Part shown: positions 16,461-26,000 of the stretch, piece by piece
Layout: each line of letters starts with the position of its first letter
How positions within the stretch are numbered: position 1 is the stretch's first letter
DNA from: Candidatus Saccharimonadota bacterium
Lineage (GTDB): Bacteria; Patescibacteriota; Saccharimonadia; Saccharimonadales; UBA4665
Direction of reading: 5' to 3'
DNA length: 32,000 nucleotides
Assembly: GCA_016700375.1 (NCBI GenBank)
Contig: CP065016.1
Coordinates: 540,001-572,000, forward strand
The notes under the pieces: generated by a model
The model's database searches: none
Seen by the model: the letters and a program-made list of their open reading frames with translations, nothing else
Told to the model about the DNA's origin: nothing
Made by a program: the position numbers and the translations under genes

Positions 16461-17243
16461 CTATAAATTACCACGTTTCACCACCTCCTGAGCCAGCGCC
16501 TTATATGCACGCGCACCCTTGCTCCACCTATCGTGTTCAAAAATTGTTTTCCCGTAGCTAGGCGCTTCGGCGAGTCGAATATTACGCGGGATAACACTAT
16601 GAAAAACCTTATCTCCGAAGTGTTTTTCTACCTCTTGCTTTACCTGCTCGCTGAGTACCGTACGCTTGGTAAACATGGTAAGTACGACACCGAAAATATG
16701 CAGGCCGGGATTCAGGCTACGCCTTACGAGCTGCATAGTTTGCATGAGCTGACTTAAACCCTCGAGGGCAAAATACTCTGCCTGTACCGGTATGATTACA
16801 CTATGTGCAGCAGTCAAAGCGTTTATGGTCAAAAGTCCTAGAGCCGGTGGGCAATCTATAACGACCACTTCAGCATCGACGTTCTTCATTACTTCCTTGA
16901 GCCGAGTTTCACGGTTCTGCACATCGACGAGTTGAACCTCTGCCTGTGCCAGCGAAGGACTAGCCGGTAACACAAAAAGATTATGGGTTTTTGTTGTCTT
17001 CACAATATCTGCCGTGTCTACCCGGCCAAGTAGTACGTCGTACAATGAATTAGCAAGGGTGTTTTTGTCTATCCCCAGACTACTTGTGCTGTTTCCTTGG
17101 GGGTCTAAGTCTACTAACACAACTCGCCGCTCATTTGTGGCAAGCTGAGCAGCCAGATTTATAGCGGTGGTTGTTTTGCCGACACCGCCCTTCTGGTTTG
17201 TGATGGCTACTATATAGGCCAAACGATTACCCTCTTTTCTCAC
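16461..17243 (-). CDS. parA: ParA/Soj partitioning ATPase
   Basis: Deviant Walker A IVAITNQKGGVGKTTTAINLA, then VLVDLDPQGN and VIIDCPP. The track start (GTG 17243) may be too long. TTG at 17222 has GAGGG 6 nt upstream. Confidence 0.95.
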   Translation of the reverse strand: MRKEGNRLAYIVAITNQKGGVGKTTTAINLAAQLATNERRVVLVDLDPQGNSTSSLGIDKNTLANSLYDVLLGRVDTADIVKTTKTHNLFVLPASPSLAQAEVQLVDVQNRETRLKEVMKNVDAEVVVIDCPPALGLLTINALTAAHSVIIPVQAEYFALEGLSQLMQTMQLVRRSLNPGLHIFGVVLTMFTKRTVLSEQVKQEVEKHFGDKVFHSVIPRNIRLAEAPSYGKTIFEHDRWSKGARAYKALAQEVVKRGNL

Positions 17244-17710
17244 TCTAGCGTATCAGATGTAAGCCTCGTCGTAAACCAGAAGTCTCCATCGTACATAACC
17301 CCATAATACCAGCCTTTTAATCTTATTTACTTTATTAGCTCCATAATACCCATGACCTCGAACGGTCTATGTACCTGTTATCACCTTAGCAATCCCTGTA
17401 AATTCCTTCTGTATACGGCTAACCTTCCAAAAAATGGGGGGTGCATTTTTGTTATATGTGTATTCCATGCTAGCTTTTCCCGACAGATCTAACCAAATAG
17501 GTTTGGAATGATTAGAAATTGTACGAAATTGAAAAATTTGTCACGGTCCTTGCATAGGTCTGGTTGCTAGCCGAGTTGCGGTTTGCTACTGCGCTTTAAC
17601 TAATGAATTCACTTATACATCTAAGCGCCCCCTAGCACCTACCATCTTGCTTAAAAAACTACGTTTCGTTCATTCTATTTATATTTCGCCTAAAATGCAT
17701 TTAAGGTACT

Positions 17711-17748
17711 AAAAAAGCAGGCCTTGCGAGAGTGCCTGCTTTTCGTTT
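17711..17748. terminator. bidirectional rho-independent terminator-like hairpin
   Basis: AAAAAAGCAGGC-cttgcgagagt-GCCTGCTTTTCGTTT has an A-run on one side and a T-run on the other. On the minus strand it would end the transcript coming from the 18043..18555 gene. Confidence 0.55.
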
Positions 17749-17873
17749 GATACGTTTTTGTTTTTGTTTGGTTTGAAGTTTTTGATTTCTCCGCAAAGTA
17801 CACGGGAAATCTGCAGACAAGTATGCGCTAATGCTTTTGCAAATGCAATACTTTTTGTGCACATTTTTTGCTC

Positions 17874-17907
17874 AAACTGTGGATTTTACCCCAGTTATCC
17901 ACAGTTT
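17874..17907. promoter_or_regulatory. perfect 11-bp inverted repeat containing a consensus DnaA box
   Basis: AAACTGTGGAT-n12-ATCCACAGTTT. The right arm contains TTATCCACA (17895-17903), the 9/9 consensus DnaA box. The left arm contains TGTGGATTT, which is 7/9 in the opposite orientation. Confidence 0.45.
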
Positions 17908-18042
17908 CTTCGTTGTTCGTTACGCATAACTCGGGTTCAACATAAACATCAAGCCCTTGTCCTCACCCAAATACTGTTCTGCCCGCTTGCTGACACGTAG
18001 CGGTACTACGTGCTTATGTCCGGCCACGGCTACACTAGGATA

Positions 18043-18555
18043 CTACTTCTCGGCTCGGAGCGTACTAAAGAGCAAGCCCCAATCATCTTGCGTAATTGGG
18101 TCAGGAGGATGCGCAACCAGCAGAGTCCCCTGTGCGGCAAGGATAGCTGAGTCTCCACCTGGCGTGTACGTCCCCACCTCAACCATACGCACAAGTGAAA
18201 CCGTCCCAAGTGGACTACGAAAGTTTGCTACTGGCTTCAACGAACCAATGAAGCGGTCGTAGGCCGCCCTATCATCCCTGTACTGTAGTGGCAAAGCCTG
18301 CTCTGTGAAAACAACCTTTTGGTTATTGACATATGCAACAAAACTAACAGTTTGGTCGCTAGGGTTATAATACCAGTCTTGCAAGCGTATCGACTTGTTT
18401 GTGGGCAATAACACCGCGAATGAAGCCTGCAGGCGAATGTATTTAGGCGAACGAGGTGCTGGGTGGAGAAAATACCATCCTGTGCAAGCAATAATAAGCA
18501 ACACGAGCACAATTCGTAATGTGTTGACCACGACCGTCTCTGCTCTTGTAGTCAT
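18043..18555 (-). CDS. single-pass membrane protein, paralog of 28918..29691
   Basis: From ATG 18555: MTTRAETVVVNTLRIVLVLLIIACTGWYF (TM), then an extracytoplasmic domain of about 135 aa. It shares VVFTEQALP / LTVDQQAVP, FRSPLGTV / FTTTLGAV and a C-terminal ..DW.....[ST]L pattern with the 257-aa protein. The IS left end lies 8-12 nt upstream of this ATG. Confidence 0.7.
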   Translation of the reverse strand: MTTRAETVVVNTLRIVLVLLIIACTGWYFLHPAPRSPKYIRLQASFAVLLPTNKSIRLQDWYYNPSDQTVSFVAYVNNQKVVFTEQALPLQYRDDRAAYDRFIGSLKPVANFRSPLGTVSLVRMVEVGTYTPGGDSAILAAQGTLLVAHPPDPITQDDWGLLFSTLRAEK

Positions 18556-18562
18556 ACCTGAA

Positions 18563-19643
18563 TTATACACGAGTTTCGCACTCCCCAATTCTTTGCTAGC
18601 CTAGAAGCATGACGTCAGTCATGCTTTTTCGTAAACAAGGAAAATAAACATGTCTCGTTCAAAATGTTCTCGTGAGCTGTACTGCTCATTCCTGGAGGTC
18701 ACCTCCTCACGGTATTCTGCGCTCAGCTTGAGCGAAGTAGCCCCAGACAATGCCATGCTCTCTCACGACAGCGTCTCCCGTTGGCTAGCATCTGAAAAGA
18801 TACAGCCCAAAGACCTGTGGCAAGCTGCCGCTTAAGGAAGTTCGCGCCACTCCTGGCATTTTGGTCTTCGATGATGTCGTCATCGACAAAAGCCGAAGCG
18901 GCAAGATGGAGCTTGTGAACTGGCAGTATGCGGGAAGTAAGCATGACATCACCAGAGGGATTGGCGTTGTAAATGCGTTGTGGCAAGTAGATACAGAACA
19001 CTACATTCCTATGGACTACCGCATCTGGAACCCGCCAGAAGACGGCAAGACTAAGAATGATCACTTCCAGGATATGCTGAGTAGCACAAGACAGAGAGGG
19101 CTACGCCCGGAGATGGTTGTTGCGGATAGCTGGTACGGCTCTCTAAAAAACCTTAAGGCAGTTCGCTCTCATGGCTGGGACTGGGTCATGGGGCTGAGGA
19201 GCAACCGGTTAGTCGGTAAGCCACATATCCAGCTCAGAGAGTTAGATATACCAGATACAGGCTTGGTGACATATCTGAAAGGCTATGGGTGGATCAGAGT
19301 CTTCCGGTTTGAGGCCAGTAACGGCCGCACGGATTATGTTGGTACAAGTCGTACTGACCTCACCCGCGAACAAGTCAAGAAATACTTCGAGCGCCGTTGG
19401 AGTGTCGAGGTACTGCATCGAGAACTCAAACAAACCTGTGGCTTATCCCGCTGTCAGGCCAATCTTGGCCGAGCCCAAAGAAACCACATTGGGTTAGCTT
19501 TGCTTACCTGGGTACGAAAACATAAGAGAAGGCTAATTGACCAAACGACGCTATACCAACAAGATTGGGAGGTCATAAAACCAGGCATCCAGCTTGCGCT
19601 GGCTGCCCGGTTGAATGGGTGAAAGTGCGAAACTCGTGTTATA
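18563..19643 (+). mobile_element. insertion sequence of about 1.08 kb with terminal inverted repeats, IS4/IS5/IS701-like DDE type
   Basis: ACACGAGTTTCGCACT (18567-18582) is the perfect reverse complement of AGTGCGAAACTCGTGT (19624-19639). The match extends to about 20 bp with one indel (TATA). TAT flanks both ends, a possible 3-bp target duplication. A DDE transposase is encoded between the repeats. Confidence 0.8.
18650..19622 (+). pseudogene. DDE transposase split into two ORFs (61 aa + 253 aa) by a frame change near 18830-18860
   Basis: ORF1 ends ...SHDSVSRWLASEKIQPKDLWQAAA*. The next frame (+1) reads LKEVRATPGILVFDDVVIDKSRSGKMELV..., so the protein is contiguous apart from the shift. DDE contexts are VFDDVVIDK, VVADSWYGS and RRWSVEVLHRELKQTCGL. 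No A-rich slippery heptamer lies at the junction. Confidence 0.7.
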
Positions 19644-20036
19644 CCATCTGCCCCTGATGAAAAACACCTGCTCCTAACCCACGCGGACGTTTTGGGTGTC
19701 ATCTTGAGCACTGAAATGAATTCAGTGTTAAGTCCGTAGAAAGATCTCAACATATTTGCATCTAGCAGGATCCCAACATGGAGTCTGCCCTGTGGGGTCG
19801 GGACGACGATGGAACAAAAAAGTATGGGTGGGATCAGCACCGGCTCTATAGTGCGGGCTGACCGACCGCCTGAAGGTTGGCTTGAGCATACAATCTAGGA
19901 GCAACCCAGCAAGAGCATAACAAGATACTCAGTGCACTCACTAATGACCAGCCCGATGTATGTCGGCTATGCCACGGTATTACGCCACGGCTGTAGTAGG
20001 ACACGCAAGGCACACAAATAGTGTGGTTCGCCCGCG

Positions 20037-23000
20037 CTACCAGCTGATGACCCATATCTTACCGACACCGCCTGCACCGCCTGCACCGCCCGCGCCATAG
20101 CTGTGCGCACCACCGCCACCGCCACCGCCACCGCCCGCACCGCCTGCACCGCCTGCATTGCCATTGCTACTGCCGCCGCCACCGCCACTTCCACAGGCGG
20201 CCGACGTGGCCGTACTACCGGCTGTACCTGGAGCGTTAGTGCCACCGGCACCACCGCCGCCAGCCGTATAGCTACCGCTCTTTCCGCCAGACCCTCCGAC
20301 AAATCCAGACGTAGTACCGCCACCGCCACCGCCAGCACCATAACCAGCGCTCCCACCAGTACCCCCGTTTGCACCTGCGCCTGCCTTATTGCCGCCGCCG
20401 CCACCACCATATTCAGCATTGTATCCGGGGGTGCCGTTGCTAGCACCTTGCCCCCCTAGAGCATCTGCATTGGATGTTGCTGTCTGGCCACTAATTGTAC
20501 TACCTCCGCCACCCCCGACACCCGAGGTATTTCCACCTGTGCCCCCACCAGCAAAAGCATAGCCACCAAATGTCGAGGCACCACCGGCACCACCGGCACC
20601 ACTACCCGCCGTACCTGCGCTACCGCTACTGCCGACCGTTGCGGTCACCGTTGCGGTCAAATCAGCAGCCACAAACATCCGCTCTACATGCGCACCACCG
20701 CCACCGCCACCGCCAGCAGCAAGCCCGATGTTTTGCCCACCACTACCGCCGCCGCCGCCGCCGCACATAATGACCAGCACAGCAGAAACACCACTCGGTT
20801 TCGTCCAGGTGTTCGCGCCTACGGTCGAATATACTTGCACATCGACACCGGCTTGCATGCCAACCCACGTACCATTCTGGCAGAAACGGAATTGGTTGGC
20901 GTTAGAGTTATAGTACATACCACCATTTGTACAGGTAGGATCGCCAGATGTGTTTTTGGTATCCAGCACCAACACTGTCGCCGTCGCATCCACTGCCCCT
21001 ACAGTGATGATATTACCAGAGGTATTAATATTGAGAACATTTGTGCCACTGCCGTTTTGTACCTGAAATGCCGTTGTCGTGTCGCTAGGGTTCTTTATGG
21101 TCAGTCCTGGGCTGGCAGAGATGACACCGTCTGAGTAGATGGTGCTACCAGCACCCGTGACGACACCGCCAGTAAAGTAGCCCTGGAAGAAACGGTTACC
21201 CTGCGTTGTGTAGTCTGTAGTAGTTGCACCAATGTTCTGGATTGTGTACTTTGTGACCGTAATAGATGCGTCGTATGAAACAGCTGGGGAGACTGTATAG
21301 GTACCATTGGCATTATCTACCGTGACCCTCGTGTAGTAGTCTTGACCAGCGTTGTTGAAGAAGATGACATCGTTAACACTGAAGGCATCTGTTGTCAGGG
21401 TAATGGCAGTGACGTTGGTACGAGCAGTGGCTTCAGTGGTACCAGTAGTGGCCGTGGCAACACCACCAGCCAGCAGGTTACCATCTGTATTAATTTTAAT
21501 CGTAGCGGTAGCTGAACTATTCTGGAACTGAAGTAGGTCAGCAGTCTGTGACCCAAGCTGCTTTACGACTGCTGTAACGCTGCCTACAGCCGTGCTCTGG
21601 ATGTTGAAGTTGGCACTCGTTTGGGTTGTCGTAGCGTTCTGAATGTAGCCGGCACCACCAGTTGCTGGTGCACAACCACTCCAACCTAGCGTACTGGTAG
21701 ACCCAGCTACTGTGGTGCTGAGACACTGCCCTGTCGTACCAACCGCTGTCGGAAGAACGAGGGAGTAACTCGAGCTGGTGGTACCAGTTTGGAGAGTGAC
21801 GGTGTTGGCGTTGGTAGAGTTCCTGAGCACAAGGGTGCCGTTAGTGGTACTGGCGGTACCAAGAGTGAGTGAACTACCACCCTGTATAGTACCGGTAAAG
21901 GTAGCTGAACCAGTGGTGTTGGTGGTTGGTGATGAACCAGAGGCAGCTAGGCCAGTGTCATTGGTTGTTTGAGTGGCACCGAGTTTGGTGGTGACGGTGG
22001 TTATGAGACCTTGCGTCGCACCACCAACCGTACGGTAGACTTTGTAGCTGGTGGCACCTGAGATACTGTTCCAGGTGATGATGGTATAGTTACCAGCAGT
22101 CAGGGTTGCGTTACCAGTAGCGGTAGAGCCAGCAGATGAGGCAATAGTCTCGCCGACGCCATCGAGAGCCGTGATAGTGTAGCTGTAGGTTGTACTACCA
22201 GCTGTACCACCAGTCGTAATGGTGGGAGCGGAAGGAGTTGGGAGTGCTGCTGCAGTCAAACCACCTTGGAGACTGAGAGTGCCAGAGACGGTCGAGGTAC
22301 CAACGGTCAAAGCACCCATGCCTTTGTTGATGAGGTTACCTGCGCCGTCCATTTGGTTAGAGTAGCGGGTGCCGGTACCAGCGTCGTTGATGGTGGCGGT
22401 GTTGGCAGCCGTACCGGAGAAGGTGTTGGAGGCGAGGTAGTTGTTCGTAGAGCCGGAGTCGATGATGCTGATGGCGTAGCAGGTACCGGTACAGCTGGTG
22501 TCAGTGATGTCGTTGCTGGTGATGGTGTTGGAGGATGAGTTGTTTATGTAGATAGCGTTGTTCGCCGTAGCGCCATTATTGTCATGGAATTTGTTGGCAC
22601 CAACGGTATTATTTGATGAGGTGGTGATGTAGATGCCGTAGTTAGAATTTCCATATATGGTGTTGCCTGTAAGGGTGTTGTTGTTGGAAGATGACAATTC
22701 TATACCTTGGATGCTATTCCCCTGCGCAGTGTTACCGGTGAGGGTGTTGTTGGAGGAGGAGGAGATGGTGAGACCGTAGTTATTCCCCTGCGCAGTGTTA
22801 CCGGTGATGGTGTTGTTGTTGGAGGAGGAGGAGATGGTGAGACCGTAGTTATTCCCCTGCGCAGTGTTACCGGTGATGGTATTATTTGAGGAGGTACTGA
22901 GGAAGATACCATAATTGGTATTCCCTTGAGCAACATTGCCAGTGAGGGTGTTATAGCTGGAGGAGGAGCTGACGGAGATACCATAATTGGCATTCCCTTG

Positions 23001-26000
23001 AGCAACATTGCCAGTGAGGGTGTTATAGCTGGAGGAGCCGAGGTAAATACCGTTGACAGAATTCCCTTGTGTTGTATTGCTCGTAAGAACATTGTTAGAG
23101 GAGGAGCGGAGACAGATACCATTTCCATTCTGACAATTTGACCCACCCGAGGCATACCAGTTATTCGCCTGCACGTTAGATATGCGTGCACCTTGGCGAG
23201 CACTGGCTCCACTGCCGCCACCCATGTTAAAGAAGTCAATACCAGCCATACCAACAAAGCCGCTTTGGTTGGCTTTATTGCCATCAAGCTTTAAGTCTCT
23301 TAGGGTGACGTTAGTCCCCGTAGTTTGGTCGGTGTTTATGATGGCACTGAAGTTCACATTCAATGCGTTCGGAATAGTGATGAGGGTGCCTTGCCCTATA
23401 CCACTGAGGGTTGTGTTGTTCGGAACTGAGATGCTGGAGTCGATGGTGTAGGTACCGGCCAGGAGGACAACTTTCTTGCCGGTGGCAGCAGTGAGGGCTT
23501 GGTTGATCTGGACTTGGTCCCCGTCAGCCGCTGCACCAGTGTTACCATCACCCAGGTAGTCAGCAGCTGCTTTGTCTGAGGCAGAACTGTTACTGGCAGC
23601 CACAAGGATAGCTTCACTCTTGTCAGCTTGCCATTTGGTGAGAGTAGCGTTGTAGACCAAGAGTTGTTTGGTGTCGGTGTCGTAGTAGAGCATGCCGTCG
23701 GTGGGGCTCGCAGGACGGGAGGCGGTGTTACCGCCGGTGATGGTGATGCTCTTGCCCGCAGCCAGGACGGTATTGTTCTGCAGATTGATGACGCCTGTGG
23801 CGGCTGGGTTAATGTTTATGTTACCGCTGGTGGTGGTCTGAAGCGTGAGATTACCGGCGGTGGTATTGAGAGCGGTGTTTATGTTAGTACTGGCAAGGTT
23901 GCTTAAGCTGGTGTTGGCACCGCTCAGGGTTCCAGAGCCGGCAATTGTCCAGTCGGCACCGTTCCAGATGAGGGTAACAGCACTGGTTGGGTTCACGACG
24001 CTAGTAAGAGCACCAGCATTCATTGAGATAGTGAAGTTGTTGGTTGTGCTCGCATTGGTGATGTAGAACATACGGCCAGCGGTCGTAGAGGTTGGGTCTG
24101 GGATAGTGTAGGTGCGGGCAGCAACCGTTGGAGCGATTGAGGCAGCGGTATATATGTCGACCGTAGCAGCGGCGGTACCAATGGCACCGGCTGCGAGGTC
24201 ACCCAGAGCCAGGGTGCCATTGAGCGTAGCACCGTTGTTAGTGAGAAGTTGGTTGGCGCCAACCAGGAGACCACCGTTGGCAGTAATAAGGCCAGAGAAG
24301 GTTGGGTTGTTGACGACGCTTACAGTTGTGCTGCCACCAAGTGCAACACTGCCACCACCACTGAGGTTTGTACCGGCGGTGACGGTAAGACTAGAGTTCA
24401 CAAGGTTAGCATTGGTAACGGTTGCAGAGCCAATGTCTGTACCAGAGACAGTGCCATCAAGGATGTTGGTGCTGGTCACACCACCTGTGCTAATGTCCCC
24501 GGTGGCAATAGTGCCATCAAGAATCATGGTAGAGGTAACCTTACCAGTGCCAATGGCGTAGGTTAGGGTATTGCCACTGACGGTACCAGTAACGTCACCA
24601 GCCGTGGCAGCATTGGCCCAGTTCGTACCGTTGTAGACAAGCAGGTTGTTGGTAGCGAGCGAGGTGTAGGTTACCGTCTGACCGTTTATCTTTGCAACTG
24701 TTGGGTTTGGATACGTGCCAGAAAGATCGCCACCAGCGCTACCACTCGGTGCACCGCCACAGGCTCCCCAGGTCGGTTGACCGGTACCGCCCGTACCGCT
24801 CTGGAGACATTGGCCAGCACTAACTGTAGTGCCACTGTAGACATACTTTGTACCATCACTGTAGACAACACTGCCTGCTCCGCCAATGGCACCATTGTTG
24901 TTGGTACCACCATTGGCTATGGGAAGAGTGCCAGTGAAGGTAATGTTACCTGCAGCAGACAGAGCAATGTTACCAGAAGCACTGACGGCTAGCGTACCAG
25001 AAGCGTCAGGCAGGGTGTAGATTCGGGCGGCGGTGAGGTCAGCGTTGGTGATGGTACCGTCGAAGCGGGCAGCGCCAACCGCAGCGGCAGATATGAGGAT
25101 ACGGTCTTGGGTACCAGTGGCGGTATCTACAGTAATACCGCGGATGGTAGCACCACCCGTGAAGGAAGAAGCAACTGTTGTAGTCGCACCACGGTTGGTC
25201 ACCGTCTGCAGGGTATCTGCTTCAGCACTAATACCACAGCTGCCCCAACTTGGTGCCACACCGACACCATTAGATATGAGGCAGGAACCAGAAGCGACAG
25301 CGGCAAGCTTACTGAGAGTAGTCGCACCAGAGGCGTAGATAAGGTCACCGGTGGTGTAGCTGGTAATACCAGTACCACCGTAAGCTGCGCCAACGGCAGT
25401 TCCCTGCCAGGTACCGGTGGCAATGGTACCGACACTGGTAATACTGGTTGTGTTACCGGTGGTAATAACAGTACCGGAGACATCGGGGAAGGTCCAGGTA
25501 CGGTTGGCAGTCAGGTCAGCGTTGGTAATGGTACCAGTGAAGCGGCCTGCCCCGCCGGTGGTAACGGCGACAGATATAAGGTCGTCGGTGGCAGTGGCGG
25601 TGTCTACCGTCAGGGTACGGATAGTAGCTCCACCCTGGAAGGAAGAAGCTGTTGTGGTAGTAGCACCACGGCCAGTGACAGTGGCGAGAGTATCTGCCTC
25701 CGCCGTAATACCACAAGAACCCCACTGGATGGTGGTGGCATTGCTGGTCAGACACTGACCATTGGTTCCTCGGGCGAGACGAGTACTGTTGGTACCATTG
25801 TGGTAGAGGAGGTCACCGTTGGTGGTCAGGCCTGAGAGATTGTTTATGGCACCTTGGGCGGTGGTGGCGTTCGTACCACCATTGGCTATGGGGAGAGTGC
25901 CGGTGACGTTTGTAGTCAGGTTAATCTGGTTGGCGGTAATAGCCTGCCCCGTGAGACTGAGGTAGTTCTGACCGCTGACGGTGACATCGCCGGTGTTGGT

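Noticed and set aside
15519-17300. Search for a canonical parS site (TGTTNCACGTGAAACA) in or near parAB
   Set aside because: Only half-site matches were found (for example GTTTCACGG at about 16906 and GTTTCACC at about 16474). Nothing with 13 or more matches of 16 was seen by eye, so a PWM scan is needed.
17709-17864. 51-aa minus-strand small ORF (MCTKSIAFAKALAHTCLQISRVLCGEIKNFKPNKNKNVSNEKQALSQGLLF) ending in the terminator hairpin
   Set aside because: It has only a weak GAG upstream, a low-complexity Lys/Asn middle and no recognisable family. It cannot be supported without conservation or ribosome-profiling data. It is worth a tblastn check, so it is noted rather than called.
17758-18000. 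80-aa + strand ORF (MFLFGLKFLISPQ...) in the parA-adjacent non-coding region
   Set aside because: It has no RBS and a Cys/Phe/Leu-rich low-quality translation. It spans the DnaA-box inverted repeat and starts inside a T/G-rich tract.
18811-18865. Programmed ribosomal frameshift joining the two transposase ORFs
   Set aside because: The required shift is +1, not -1. No A6G-type slippery heptamer or downstream structure is evident. The IS4/IS5/IS701-like family normally encodes a single ORF, so a mutation or sequencing indel is more likely.
19644-20036. 393-bp non-coding gap between the IS and the giant-gene stop, considered as a possible tRNA or ncRNA
   Set aside because: No T-loop (GTTCRANYC), cloverleaf or strong terminator is present, only short hairpins (CACTGAA-n5-TTCAGTG, CACAC-n5-GTGTG). 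It is most simply the original intergenic spacer displaced by the IS insertion.
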